DNA of 64,000 nucleotides from an uncultured Clostridium sp. (lineage in GTDB: Bacteria; Bacillota; Clostridia; TANB77; CAG-508). Position numbers and translations under genes: made by a program. The notes under the pieces were generated by a model. That model ran no database searches and was not told the origin of the DNA. It saw only the letters and a list, made by a program, of their open reading frames with translations. Of the stretch, positions 34,507 through 45,429 are shown piece by piece (the first letter of the stretch is position 1; every line of letters begins with the position of its first letter). Location of the stretch: the NCBI GenBank assembly GCA_947569365.1, contig CANOSM010000009.1, forward strand, positions 538 through 64,537, given 5' to 3'.

Positions 34507-34632
34507 ATGGCACATGGAGGACATTCAAGTAGTGGCGGTTGCCATTATCACTCTCATTTTCGGTCAGAAGGTAGTGTAAGTAATCCAAGTATACCAAAGT
34601 ATAGGTATTATTATTATAAATATGTCGATTGA
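34507..34632 (+). CDS. Small His/Gly/Ser-rich ORF (41 aa) containing an in-frame CGG
   Basis: AAGGAGG SD and upstream promoter-like elements; MAHGGHSSSGGCHYHSHF... Confidence 0.45.
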   Translation: MAHGGHSSSGGCHYHSHFRSEGSVSNPSIPKYRYYYYKYVD

Positions 34633-34709
34633 AAAAAGTACTAATGTAATACTATACGAAATAGAAAAAATATGCTAAAATATAAAATGTTATGTAAGGA
34701 GGATAGTAT

Positions 34710-35262
34710 ATGGAATACTTAGATATATATGATAAAAATGGATTAAAAACAGGAGAAGGAAGAAAAAGAATTAACACATAAAAATGGACTAATACATAAA
34801 ACTATTCATTTATGGATATTAAATGATAAAAATGAGTTATTACTGCAAAGAAGAAGTGATGATAATCCTAGATATCCAGGAATGCTTGAAATATCTGTAG
34901 CAGGGCATGTTAGGACTGGAGAAGACTCAGTCGAAGCAATTCAAAGAGAGGCTTTTGAAGAGATTGGAATTAGAATAAATCCATATTTTCTAGAATACTT
35001 ATTCTCATATAAACATCAAAGAATTATGAAAGATATATATATAAATAATGAAATCTCTGATGTATACATATATAGATATAATGTAGATATTAATGAATGT
35101 AGCTTTAATGATAAAGCTGTTAGTGAACTAAAATATATTAACTGGGAAAAAGTTGAACAAATGTGGAAAAATAAACATAAAGAGTTAATAGACCATGAAG
35201 AACATTATGAAATTTTATTTTGTATGTTAAGAAAATATATAATTAAGAATCAAAAAATATAA
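34710..35262 (+). pseudogene. NUDIX (IDI-like) hydrolase with frameshift near 34758
   Basis: MEYLDIYD..G.KTG / HK.GLIHKTIHLW, LLQRRS, AGHV..GE....AIQREAFEEIG. Confidence 0.7.
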
Positions 35263-35313
35263 AATAATAAAAACGACTTACAGAATTTTAACATTGAAAG
35301 TCGTTTTTCTATT

Positions 35314-36516
35314 CTATATTTCTATTTTTTCTTCTTCTAATTTCTTTCTAGATACATTATTTTTATTTTCATATTTTCTGTAGTTTATCTTAGTACAAAT
35401 TAATTCATATAAGCTTGAACACATCTGACCAATAATAGTACAAAAAGGTGTTGGAGCAAAAGCTACAATAGTTCTAATTATATAAGCGACTATTGAATTT
35501 AGTGTCATTTTTAATGCTGAATCTTCTAATTGTAAAAAGCAAATCTTTATTTCTGTAAATGGAGTAACTATAAAATCTAATATGTGTAGAGAAATAAATA
35601 TACTTACAATTTTTAAGTCAGGTTTATAAAATGGATATATGATAAAAGACATTAGTAATACAGATAAAATAAGCAAAAAATATAATTTTAATGCATTTTT
35701 TAAATGTTCATTATAATTGAATTTTTTCTTTGCTAAATCTACTTTTGCAACAGTTCTTACTGCATCTGCAATATCCCATTGCATATCAGTTACTAAAGTA
35801 GCAAATGTTATTGCTATTATATATTTTTCACCATATTCAAAAGAATTACTAAATCCAAATAAGTACATTATAAAAAACATAACACTTATACAAAATGATA
35901 CAGAATTATATTTAAAACAATTTTTTATATTAAGCTTAAAATCAATTTTTTCAATATTTTTTATCAATAAGTAAATATCCATAATAAACATTGATAATCC
36001 AGCTACAAATGCAGTAATAATTTGATTTTTAGTAATAATTGCTGTAGTAATTAAAGTTATAAAATTAATAAAGTTAAAACAGATAGCTATTTTATTAGCT
36101 TTTTTATTTTCCTCTTTATAGTAAAGTTTGGTTAATATTAGTTGTAGAATTGTAACAAATAAAATTTGAATGATAGAGTATGTACCAAATGTTCTATAGA
36201 CAGTACAGTCCATATTCATAAAACTTATATATGTATCACTATTAAAAATTACGAAACCATAGATAAATATACTCAACATAGAACCATAAAAAATTCCATT
36301 ATCTCCAGCATTTTTATTATTATCCTTATAAATAGTAATATTGGCTCCAACTCCAAATATTGCTATAATTATTCCCATTAAACATTGCAAAGGATATGTT
36401 AAAGAAAATATATTTAATAAATGATTATCAAGTATAATTCCTAACAAAAACCATGATATTATTGGTACTATTGATGTTATTAATATATCAAAACTTACTC
36501 TAAATAATCTTTTCAT
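35314..36516 (-). CDS. Multi-pass membrane protein, MATE/flippase-like
   Basis: About 12 hydrophobic segments. Confidence 0.55.
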   Translation of the reverse strand: MKRLFRVSFDILITSIVPIISWFLLGIILDNHLLNIFSLTYPLQCLMGIIIAIFGVGANITIYKDNNKNAGDNGIFYGSMLSIFIYGFVIFNSDTYISFMNMDCTVYRTFGTYSIIQILFVTILQLILTKLYYKEENKKANKIAICFNFINFITLITTAIITKNQIITAFVAGLSMFIMDIYLLIKNIEKIDFKLNIKNCFKYNSVSFCISVMFFIMYLFGFSNSFEYGEKYIIAITFATLVTDMQWDIADAVRTVAKVDLAKKKFNYNEHLKNALKLYFLLILSVLLMSFIIYPFYKPDLKIVSIFISLHILDFIVTPFTEIKICFLQLEDSALKMTLNSIVAYIIRTIVAFAPTPFCTIIGQMCSSLYELICTKINYRKYENKNNVSRKKLEEEKIEI

Positions 36517-36675
36517 TAATACTCCTATTATAATTTTTATTTATAATATCATATTTATATAATTAAAGCTATTTTTAACAATAAAAATTATATTAACAAA
36601 TATTTATAGTAATGTTATAATATATAAAATAAATGATTATATAAGTAAAAGAATAATAGAAGGGAAGATTAATAA

Positions 36676-37251
36676 ATGAAACTAGCAGTAGATATAGCTT
36701 TGCAAATGTTAGAAAATGCAAGAGGAAAAACATTAGATGATAATTGGATTGATCATTCAATTTGTGTTGGGAATTCAGCAGAAAAAATTGTAGAAAGTCT
36801 AGGATTAGATACAGACTATGCAAAAACATTAGGCTATATACATGATATAGGAAAAGCAGTTGGAGAATTTAGTAATCATATTATAAATGGATATAAATAC
36901 TTAAAAGAATTAGAGTATGATGATGAATATGCTAATATTTGTCTAACTCATTCTTATTTAAATAATGATGTGAATTGTACAGCAGGAGGTATACCAGATG
37001 ATATTCCCTTTAGAACAGAATTTATAAAAAAGCATGAATATACAATATATGAGAAAATAATAAATCTATGTGACTTAATGTGTAAAAAAGAAGTTATGAC
37101 AATAGATAAAAGACTTGTAGATATAATAATAAGAAGAGGCGTATATGAGAATACACAGTATCATGTAAAAGAAACATATAAATTAAAACAGTATATTGAT
37201 GAGAAACTTGGATTTAATGTATATAACTTATTTCCAAATATTATAATCTAA
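36676..37251 (+). CDS. HD-domain protein
   Basis: DHS, IHDIGK, THS, LCD. Confidence 0.85.
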   Translation: MKLAVDIALQMLENARGKTLDDNWIDHSICVGNSAEKIVESLGLDTDYAKTLGYIHDIGKAVGEFSNHIINGYKYLKELEYDDEYANICLTHSYLNNDVNCTAGGIPDDIPFRTEFIKKHEYTIYEKIINLCDLMCKKEVMTIDKRLVDIIIRRGVYENTQYHVKETYKLKQYIDEKLGFNVYNLFPNIII

Positions 37252-37374
37252 AATTATAATTTTATAGAAGTCAATTACAAATATAAAAAGAGATAATATA
37301 AAAGTAGATTTTTTATCTAATTGTAATATTATCTCTTTATATATATTTATTAATATTTTAAATTCTATATAATT

Positions 37375-38784
37375 TTACTCAAAAAAGGCTTTATATCCTT
37401 TGTATGATTCATATAAGTCTAATTTACTTGTTACTTCATATGGTGAATGCATTGATAAAACTGGAACACCACAATCAATAACATCAATTCCTTTATTAGC
37501 AAGAATATATGCGATAGTTCCGCCACCACCAATATCTACTTTTCCAAGTTCTCCAATTTGATATCTAATATTATTTGTTTCAAATATATTTCTAATTTCT
37601 GCAACAAATTCAGCATTTGCATCAGAAGCACCTGATTTTCCTCTAGCACCAGTATATTTATTTAAACCAATTCCTCTTCCTAAATATGAAGCATTATTTT
37701 TTTCTGATACATCTGAATAAATAGGATCTAATCCAGCATCAACATCAGCTGATAACATTCTTGAATTACAAAATACTTTATCTAATAAGTTTGGTCTATT
37801 AATTCCAAGTTTATTTAGAATCTCTGACATAAATGTATCAAATACATGAGATTCCATTCCTGTATTTCCCATACTTCCAATTTCTTCTTTATCTGATATG
37901 ATACATACAGCAGTTTTTTTAGGAGTATGTTTTATATCTACTAAAGCTGTTAATTCAGCATATACACAAATTTTATCATCTTGACCATAACCTGCTATCA
38001 TACTACTATCAAACCCCATACTTCTACATTTCATTGCTGGTACAAGTTCAATTTCTGAGCTTAAAAAATCTACTTCTGTAATACCATATTTTTGATTTAA
38101 AATATTTAAAATATTTAATTTTACTTTTTCATCAACTTCTGCATCATATGGAATACTTCCAATTAGTAAGTTTAAGTTTTCACCAGAAACGCCATCTTTT
38201 AATTTCTTTTCCATCTGATTTTGCGCTAAATGAGGAAGTAAATCAGTAATAGTAAATATTGGATCATTTTCATTCTCTCCAATATTAATATTTATTTTTT
38301 CTCCATTTGATTTTACTACAACACCATGAATACTAAGTGGAATTGTTGTCCATTGATATTTTTTGATTCCACCATAATAGTGTGTTTTAAAATAAGCAAA
38401 TTCACTATCTTCATATAATGGATTTGGTTTTAAATCTAACCTTGGAGAATCTGCATGTGCTCCTATAATATTAACACCATTTTCAATACTATCTTCCCCA
38501 ATTACAGCTAAGTACATACTTTTTTCTCTATTAATATAGTAAACTTTATCACCAGGTTTTAAATTTTCACATTCATCTATACATTTAAAACCGTTACTTT
38601 TTGCTATTTCTAAACTGCTTGATATAACTTCTCTTTCTGTTTTTGACCTATTCATAAAGTCAATATATCCTTTTGCATAATCAAAAATTACATTTCTTTC
38701 ATCTTGATTTCTACTTTTCCATCCATTTTCTTTTTTATTGAATAATTTTTCCTTTAGGATTTCTCCTTCAGTTTTTTCTCTCAT
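37375..38784 (-). CDS. M18 family aminopeptidase
   Basis: GAHADSPRLDLKP, YYGGIKKYQW, GQDD, DKEEIGS, SMHSP. Confidence 0.9.
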   Translation of the reverse strand: MREKTEGEILKEKLFNKKENGWKSRNQDERNVIFDYAKGYIDFMNRSKTEREVISSSLEIAKSNGFKCIDECENLKPGDKVYYINREKSMYLAVIGEDSIENGVNIIGAHADSPRLDLKPNPLYEDSEFAYFKTHYYGGIKKYQWTTIPLSIHGVVVKSNGEKININIGENENDPIFTITDLLPHLAQNQMEKKLKDGVSGENLNLLIGSIPYDAEVDEKVKLNILNILNQKYGITEVDFLSSEIELVPAMKCRSMGFDSSMIAGYGQDDKICVYAELTALVDIKHTPKKTAVCIISDKEEIGSMGNTGMESHVFDTFMSEILNKLGINRPNLLDKVFCNSRMLSADVDAGLDPIYSDVSEKNNASYLGRGIGLNKYTGARGKSGASDANAEFVAEIRNIFETNNIRYQIGELGKVDIGGGGTIAYILANKGIDVIDCGVPVLSMHSPYEVTSKLDLYESYKGYKAFFE

Positions 38785-39142
38785 AATTACTTACCTCCTT
38801 AATACATGGTAATTATATTAATCTTATTTTATTTTTTCAATATAAATCCAAAAAATTTATAATATTATAACCAATATAAGTCATAAGTATTTAAAATGTA
38901 TAAATAAAAATAATTAAAAAGAGAAAATAAAACAATGAATGTATATATATAATAAGTAAATATAGCATACACATTATTGCATCTGAGTTACAGAATGTTT
39001 TGTAAAATAACTGATGTTTTTAAATGATATAAAAGAATAATAAAAAAATGTTATAAAGTTTTTTCTATACTGTACAAAATATGAAAATGTATGCTAAAAT
39101 AATACATATTTTAAGTTATATATATAGGAGAAGGAGAAAAAT

Positions 39143-39535
39143 ATGGAAGATAATAATACAGGAGAATGTTTATTTTGTAGATGGAAAAATGAAAAAGAGA
39201 AAATTATTTTAGAAAATGAATTAGCATTTGCAAGATATGATGAATTTGCAGTTAGTAAAGGGCATATGTTATTTATGACAAAGAGACATACTAAAGACTT
39301 TTTCTCAACAACACAAGAGGAGAAAAACGCAATATTTGAATTAATGAATAAAGGAAAAGAAATTATTGATGAAAAATATAATCCCAATGGGTATAATATA
39401 GGAATGAATTGTGGAGTGTCAGCAGGACAAAGTGTAATGCATGTACATGTTCATTTAATTCCAAGATATAATGGAGATGTGGAAAACCCAAGAGGAGGAG
39501 TAAGAGGTGTAATTCCACAAAAACAAAACTATTAA
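39143..39535 (+). CDS. HIT family protein
   Basis: CLFC, AGQSVMHVHVHLIPR. Confidence 0.9.
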   Translation: MEDNNTGECLFCRWKNEKEKIILENELAFARYDEFAVSKGHMLFMTKRHTKDFFSTTQEEKNAIFELMNKGKEIIDEKYNPNGYNIGMNCGVSAGQSVMHVHVHLIPRYNGDVENPRGGVRGVIPQKQNY

Positions 39536-39671
39536 AATTATATATAAAAAACAACTTACAAACCTATAAATTTGTGAGTTGTTATTTTATATAAAGTAAT
39601 TAAGTTTTTTAGTAAATAAAAAGTTTTAATAATTATTATTTAAATCAAATATTATAAAAGGAGAATTTAAG

Positions 39672-40582
39672 ATGTTAGCGGATAAGTTAAAATGTGGAGA
39701 TACTATTGGAGTAATAGCACCAGATAAAGCATTGAAAAGTACAGATAAGGTAGATTTAGAAAATGCTACAAATTTTTTAATAAATTAGGATTAAAAGTAA
39801 AATATGGGAAATATTTATTTTCAGATGAAAACTATTGTGCAGGAACGCCACAAGAAAGAGCAAGTGATATAAACAAGATGTTTTTAGATAAAGATGTAAA
39901 AGCAATTTTTACAGTACAAGGTGGAGAAATGGTAAATGGAGTTTTACCTTTTATTAATTTTGAAAATATAAAAAACAATCCAAAAATATTTTGTGGAATG
40001 AGTGATATAACAGTACTCCTTTGTGCTATCAATAAAATGACAGGACTTATAACATTTCACTGTAATGATTATATCAATTATGGAAAAGAAGAAATTACAG
40101 AATATGATAAGAATGAAATAATTGATAAACTATTTAATGGAAACAATAAAATAATTCCTTATGATAATAGAAAGTTTATTAACTTTAATAAAAGAATAAT
40201 AAGAGGAAAGTCATATGGTACCAATGCAAAAGATTTATTAAAACTATTAGGAACACCATATATGCCAGATTTAAGTAATGCAATTTTATTTTTTGAAGGA
40301 TATAAAACAGATATAGTTCAATGGAATACTTTATTAGAACAATACAATCAAATACGAGTACTAAAAAATGCTGTAGTATTTGGATATATTTATAAGCTTC
40401 AGTTGGAAGATAATAAATATAATATTGAAAGTGAATTAATGAAAATAAAAAAAGATATTCCTATTGTAAAAACAAATGAATTTGGACATGAACATCCAAA
40501 CTCAATTATTCCAATAGGTGCAGATATAGAAATAAATTTAGATCACAAAAGTATAAATATAGTTAGTAAATACCTAAAATAG
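39672..40582 (+). pseudogene. S66 LD-carboxypeptidase/MccF-like gene with homopolymer frameshift near 39775
   Basis: GDTIGVIAP, then AGTPQERA.D, G.SDIT, FGH in another frame. Confidence 0.7.
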
Positions 40583-40700
40583 AAATATTTTAGAATATAG
40601 TAATAATTAATTAAGAATACAATACACAATTCATAAATTTTGTGATATACTTATAAAATATAAAATTAATATAAGACAAACTAGGAGGTTATTAGCTATA

Positions 40701-41606
40701 ATGGGATTTTTTGATAAACTAAAAAGAGGATTAGGAAAAACTAAAGAATCTATAAACGAAAAAATAAATAATGTATTTAGTACATTTAGAAAAGTCGATG
40801 AAGAATTATTAGAAGAGCTAGAAGAAGCTCTAATAATGTCAGATGTAGGAATGGATGCATCAGTTCAAATAATAGACAATTTAAGAACAAGAGCAAAGAG
40901 AGAAAAAATAGAATCAGAAGAAGATTTAAAAATAGCATTAAGAGATGAAATAAAAAAAATGATGGAAATGTCAGATGAAGGATTAAACTTAGAAAATAAA
41001 CCAGCAGTAATCTTAGTAGTTGGGGTAAATGGTGTAGGAAAAACAACATCTATAGGAAAGATAGCAAATAGATTAAAAAAAGATGGAAAAAAAGTAGTTA
41101 TAGCAGCTGCTGATACTTTTAGAGCAGCTGCGACAGAACAAATTGAAATTTGGGCAGATAGAGTTAATTGTGAACTTATAAAAAAAGATGAAGGAAGTGA
41201 CCCTGCATCAGTTGTATATGATGCAGTAAATAAAGCAAAAGAAGAAAATGCAGATGTACTAATTTGTGATACAGCAGGAAGACTACATAACAAAAAGAAT
41301 TTAATGGATGAACTTGCAAAAATACAAAAAGTTATAGATAAAGAATTGCCAGACTCATCTAAAGAAGTATTATTAGTAATAGACGGAACAACAGGACAAA
41401 ATGCTATACAACAAGTAAAAGCTTTTAAAGAAGCAACACATATAACAGGATTAGTACTTACGAAATTAGATGGTACAGCCAAAGGTGGAGTAGTAATTGG
41501 AATCGTTTCAGAAAATAAAATTCCAGTAAAATTCATTGGAGTTGGAGAACAAATAGATGATATGGAAGTATTTAATTTAGATGACTTTTTAAAAGCAATA
41601 ATATAA
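40701..41606 (+). CDS. ftsY: SRP receptor GTPase
   Basis: GVNGVGKTT, DTFRAAA, DTAGR, TKLDGTAKGG. Confidence 0.97.
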   Translation: MGFFDKLKRGLGKTKESINEKINNVFSTFRKVDEELLEELEEALIMSDVGMDASVQIIDNLRTRAKREKIESEEDLKIALRDEIKKMMEMSDEGLNLENKPAVILVVGVNGVGKTTSIGKIANRLKKDGKKVVIAAADTFRAAATEQIEIWADRVNCELIKKDEGSDPASVVYDAVNKAKEENADVLICDTAGRLHNKKNLMDELAKIQKVIDKELPDSSKEVLLVIDGTTGQNAIQQVKAFKEATHITGLVLTKLDGTAKGGVVIGIVSENKIPVKFIGVGEQIDDMEVFNLDDFLKAII

Positions 41607-41667
41607 CAGATAATAAAGGAAAGTATTTTGGATAAAATAGTCCTAAAGAAAGGAAATAATGTAAGAA

Positions 41668-44385
41668 ATGAAAAAAGATAAGTTTAGAATTACAAGAAAA
41701 ATGATTGTAATTATATGTTTAGTAATTTATGTACTTATTTCAGTAATAATGGCTAGAGGAGAATACTTAGAGATCAAAGAAATCGGAGAAAATTATGTAG
41801 ATATATATGAAACAAATTTAAAAACTAAATATCTAATAATGGTAGTAAGTTTTATTCTAACATATATTATTGTATACTTTTCAAATAGATATATGAGCAA
41901 ACAATTAAAAGAATTTTTTGTACAAGAGAAAAAAGAAATACCAAAGCTTCCAAATAAATCAGCTTCATTTATAGCTAGTTTAATTATAAGTTTAATTGTT
42001 CCAATATTTTTAGAAAAAGGATTTTTGAACTTTACTAATGCAACACAATTTGGTATTAACGATCCAATCTTTGGAATGGACATTTCATTTTTTATGTTTA
42101 AATTACCTTTCATAAAAGCACTGTTAATAATGGGAATAGTAATATTTGCTATTTTAACAGCATATATTTCAGTTTACTATATTATTTCATTAAATGTTTA
42201 TTTAGATGGTATAGATGCTGAAGTTTTAAGAAAAAACTCATGTATAAAACAAATAATATTTAATATTTCTATAATAGCAATTTTAGTAGCAGGAATGACA
42301 GTATTAAGTTCTATAGAAGTAGTTTCACAAGAAATGATAAAACTTGATAGTACAGAAAATATTACTCTAATAGGAGCAGGAATAACTGATGTAAAAATAA
42401 AAATTTGGGGCTATAGAATACTTGGAATAGTAATTATATTATCGTTAATCAGAGTTATAAGATACTTAAAGAAATTTAAAGTAAAAAAAGTCCTTTATTC
42501 ACTTCTTATAGTTCCAATATATTTATTGGCATTATTTGTAGTAATGTCTGGATATGAATACCTATATGCAGAAAAAAATGAACTTGATAAGCAAAAAGAA
42601 TATATAGGATATAATATGGAATTTACAAAAGCAGCATATGGAATAAATGTTGAAGAAGTAGAATTAAATCCAGATATAGCAGTTGATACATCTTATGTTG
42701 AAAAATCAAAGAAATTATTAACACAAGTACCAGTAATAAATGAAAAAGCAACACTTTCTTCATTAAATGAATATATGGACAGTACAGGATTTTATCAATA
42801 CAATGCAACCAAAATAGGATTTTATAATATAGATGGAAAAAGAATGCCAGTGTACATTACACCAAGAGAGATTGTAACAGAAGGAAGTAGAACATATAAA
42901 AATAAAACATATCAATATACTCATGGATATGGAGTAGTAGCAAGTAGTATAAATAAAACAGATGAACTTGGAAACATAAAAAATATTCAATCTTCATATG
43001 ATTTATCAGAAAATAAAATATATATATCTGAACCTAGAATATACTATGGATTAACAACAAATGATACAGTTGTTGTTAATGCACAAAATACACCAGAATT
43101 TGATTATCCGAAATCAGCAAATAAATATGCTGAAAACTCATATAAAGGAAAAGGCGGATTAGATTGTAACATAATAGATAGTCTAATAATTGCTATAAAT
43201 GAAGGTGATATAAAACTTGCAATATCAAGTGATATAACATCAGAAAGTAAAATACTAACCAATAGAAATATTAGACAAAGAGCTAAAAAAATATTACCAT
43301 ATTTAATATATGATGAAGAACCATATATGATAGTAAGAGATGATGGAAGATTAGTGTGGGTACTTGATGCATATACAATTTCAAATAATTATCCATATTC
43401 TCAAAAAACTAAAATAACTGTTGATAATGAAACAAAAGAAATTAATTATATAAGAAATTCTGTTAAAGTTATTATAGATGCTTATGATGGAACTACAGAC
43501 TTTTATATTACAGATAAAACAGATCCAATTATTATGATGTATTGGAAAGCATATCCTAATTTATTTAAAAACATAGATTCAACAATTCCAGAAGACATTA
43601 AGAAAAATATAGTATATCCAAAACTATTATATAAAGTACAATCAGATTTAATTAGATTATATCATGATATAAGTGTTGAAATGCTATATAGAGGAGATGA
43701 TGCTTGGCAAATTGCATATGAAAATTCTAAAGAAAAGCAAAAAATGGAACCTTACTATACAGTAGTAAACAATGATGAAATAAATGATACAGCAGTAGGA
43801 CTAATTGTTCCTTATACAAAAACAGGAAAACAAAGTTTAAAATCTTATCTAGTAGGAACTTATAATGGAGAAAATAAATTAAAATTATATAATTTTAGTT
43901 CAGATACTACTCTTCCAGGAATAGAACAATTAAATGTTCAAATAAATCAAGATGAGACAATATCTCATACTTTAAATGTGCTTAGAAAAAGTGGTACACA
44001 ACTTGTTAGAAAAATGTATATAGTTCCAATAAATAATTCAATATTATATGTTGAACCAGTATATCAAATTATGCTTAATGAAGATAACATACCAATACTA
44101 AAAAAAGTAATTGTTGCCACAGGATCACAAGTTGCTATAGGAAACAATTTTGAAGAGGCAATGACTAATTTAGTATCTGATTCAGCATCAATATTTGAAT
44201 TTGTAGATACTGAAAATGCAGAACAACTAATAAATGCAATAATCAAATCCAATAACAATCTAGAAGAATCGCTAGAGTCAAAAGATTGGGAGCTTATTGG
44301 TAAAGATATTACAAGTCTACAAAAATTAATTGATCAACTAGAAGAAATAAGAGCAAAAGAAAAGCAGAAAAAAGAAACAGATTAA
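41668..44385 (+). CDS. UPF0182 family membrane protein
   Basis: DP.FG.DISFF.F.LP, YTHGYG, PRIYYG, NYIRNSVK. Confidence 0.9.
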   Translation: MKKDKFRITRKMIVIICLVIYVLISVIMARGEYLEIKEIGENYVDIYETNLKTKYLIMVVSFILTYIIVYFSNRYMSKQLKEFFVQEKKEIPKLPNKSASFIASLIISLIVPIFLEKGFLNFTNATQFGINDPIFGMDISFFMFKLPFIKALLIMGIVIFAILTAYISVYYIISLNVYLDGIDAEVLRKNSCIKQIIFNISIIAILVAGMTVLSSIEVVSQEMIKLDSTENITLIGAGITDVKIKIWGYRILGIVIILSLIRVIRYLKKFKVKKVLYSLLIVPIYLLALFVVMSGYEYLYAEKNELDKQKEYIGYNMEFTKAAYGINVEEVELNPDIAVDTSYVEKSKKLLTQVPVINEKATLSSLNEYMDSTGFYQYNATKIGFYNIDGKRMPVYITPREIVTEGSRTYKNKTYQYTHGYGVVASSINKTDELGNIKNIQSSYDLSENKIYISEPRIYYGLTTNDTVVVNAQNTPEFDYPKSANKYAENSYKGKGGLDCNIIDSLIIAINEGDIKLAISSDITSESKILTNRNIRQRAKKILPYLIYDEEPYMIVRDDGRLVWVLDAYTISNNYPYSQKTKITVDNETKEINYIRNSVKVIIDAYDGTTDFYITDKTDPIIMMYWKAYPNLFKNIDSTIPEDIKKNIVYPKLLYKVQSDLIRLYHDISVEMLYRGDDAWQIAYENSKEKQKMEPYYTVVNNDEINDTAVGLIVPYTKTGKQSLKSYLVGTYNGENKLKLYNFSSDTTLPGIEQLNVQINQDETISHTLNVLRKSGTQLVRKMYIVPINNSILYVEPVYQIMLNEDNIPILKKVIVATGSQVAIGNNFEEAMTNLVSDSASIFEFVDTENAEQLINAIIKSNNNLEESLESKDWELIGKDITSLQKLIDQLEEIRAKEKQKKETD

Positions 44386-44476
44386 AATAAGCTATTTATA
44401 TAATATATAGAATATTTTTCTATAAAACCTCAAAAACTATTTATAATACAAATTTTATAGTTTTTGAGGTACCTAT

Positions 44477-44797
44477 ATGTTTAAAAAGAAAAATAATGAA
44501 AATATAACAGTTTTAAATGAAAATATAAATTATTTAAAAAATTGTATAGATAATTTAAATAAAGCTATAGAAAAGTCAAGAATATATGAATTTTCTGAGG
44601 TTGTTGGTAATAGTAAAAAAATGATTTTAAAAAATTTTTTCTCTGGAGTTTTTAAAGGTGTAGGAATAGGTGTAGGTTTTTATATTATTACTGCTATAGT
44701 TATTTTATTATTAAATTATATTGTAAAGTTAAATATTCCTGTAATAGGAAAATATATAACAGATATTGTAGAAATAGTAGAATTTAATAGAAGGTAG
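44477..44797 (+). CDS. DUF5665-like small membrane protein
   Basis: NF.SG.FKG.G.G.G, IPVIG.YI.DIV. Confidence 0.7.
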   Translation: MFKKKNNENITVLNENINYLKNCIDNLNKAIEKSRIYEFSEVVGNSKKMILKNFFSGVFKGVGIGVGFYIITAIVILLLNYIVKLNIPVIGKYITDIVEIVEFNRR

Positions 44798-44806
44798 GAA
44801 AAGGTT

Positions 44807-45406
44807 ATGAAGTTAAATCTAGCAAATAAATTAACAGTCTTTAGAATTTTATTAGTTCCAATTATGGTAATTATTCCATATTTAGGACTAAAAGGAGAAT
44901 ATTTAGGAATTCCGATAACAATGCTAATAATGGAGGCAATTTTTATAATTGCATCTATTACTGATAAATTAGATGGGTACATAGCAAGATCAAGAAGTGA
45001 GATTACTACATTTGGAAAATTTTTAGATCCACTTGCAGATAAAATATTAGTATTAGCAGCAATGATTTTATTAGTTGAAGCTAAAAAGATTCCAGCATGG
45101 ATTCCAGTAATAATACTTGCAAGAGAATTTATTGTTTCTGGATATAGACTAATTGCTGCAGAAAAAGGCGGAGAAGTTATAGCTGCATCAATTTTTGGAA
45201 AAATAAAGACAGTTACACAAATGATTGCATTAATACTGATATTTATTGATAATAATTGTTTTTTTGAATTTGCAAATGGAAGTTTATCAGGATATTCACT
45301 AATACTTAATATTCTATCATCTACAATTCTTTTAATATCTGTAGGAGCAACAGTATTTTCAGGATATGACTATTTAAAAAATGGAAAAGATTTATTTAAA
45401 GATTAA
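44807..45406 (+). CDS. pgsA: CDP-diacylglycerol--glycerol-3-phosphate 3-phosphatidyltransferase
   Basis: TD.LDGYIAR, GKFLDPLADK. Confidence 0.95.
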   Translation: MKLNLANKLTVFRILLVPIMVIIPYLGLKGEYLGIPITMLIMEAIFIIASITDKLDGYIARSRSEITTFGKFLDPLADKILVLAAMILLVEAKKIPAWIPVIILAREFIVSGYRLIAAEKGGEVIAASIFGKIKTVTQMIALILIFIDNNCFFEFANGSLSGYSLILNILSSTILLISVGATVFSGYDYLKNGKDLFKD

Positions 45407-45429
45407 TAAAAAATAGGAGCAAAAGAGAA

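Noticed and set aside
40786-41536. Long minus-strand ORFs opposite ftsY, and similar shadow ORFs elsewhere
   Set aside because: Antisense shadows of well-supported genes with no motifs or SD
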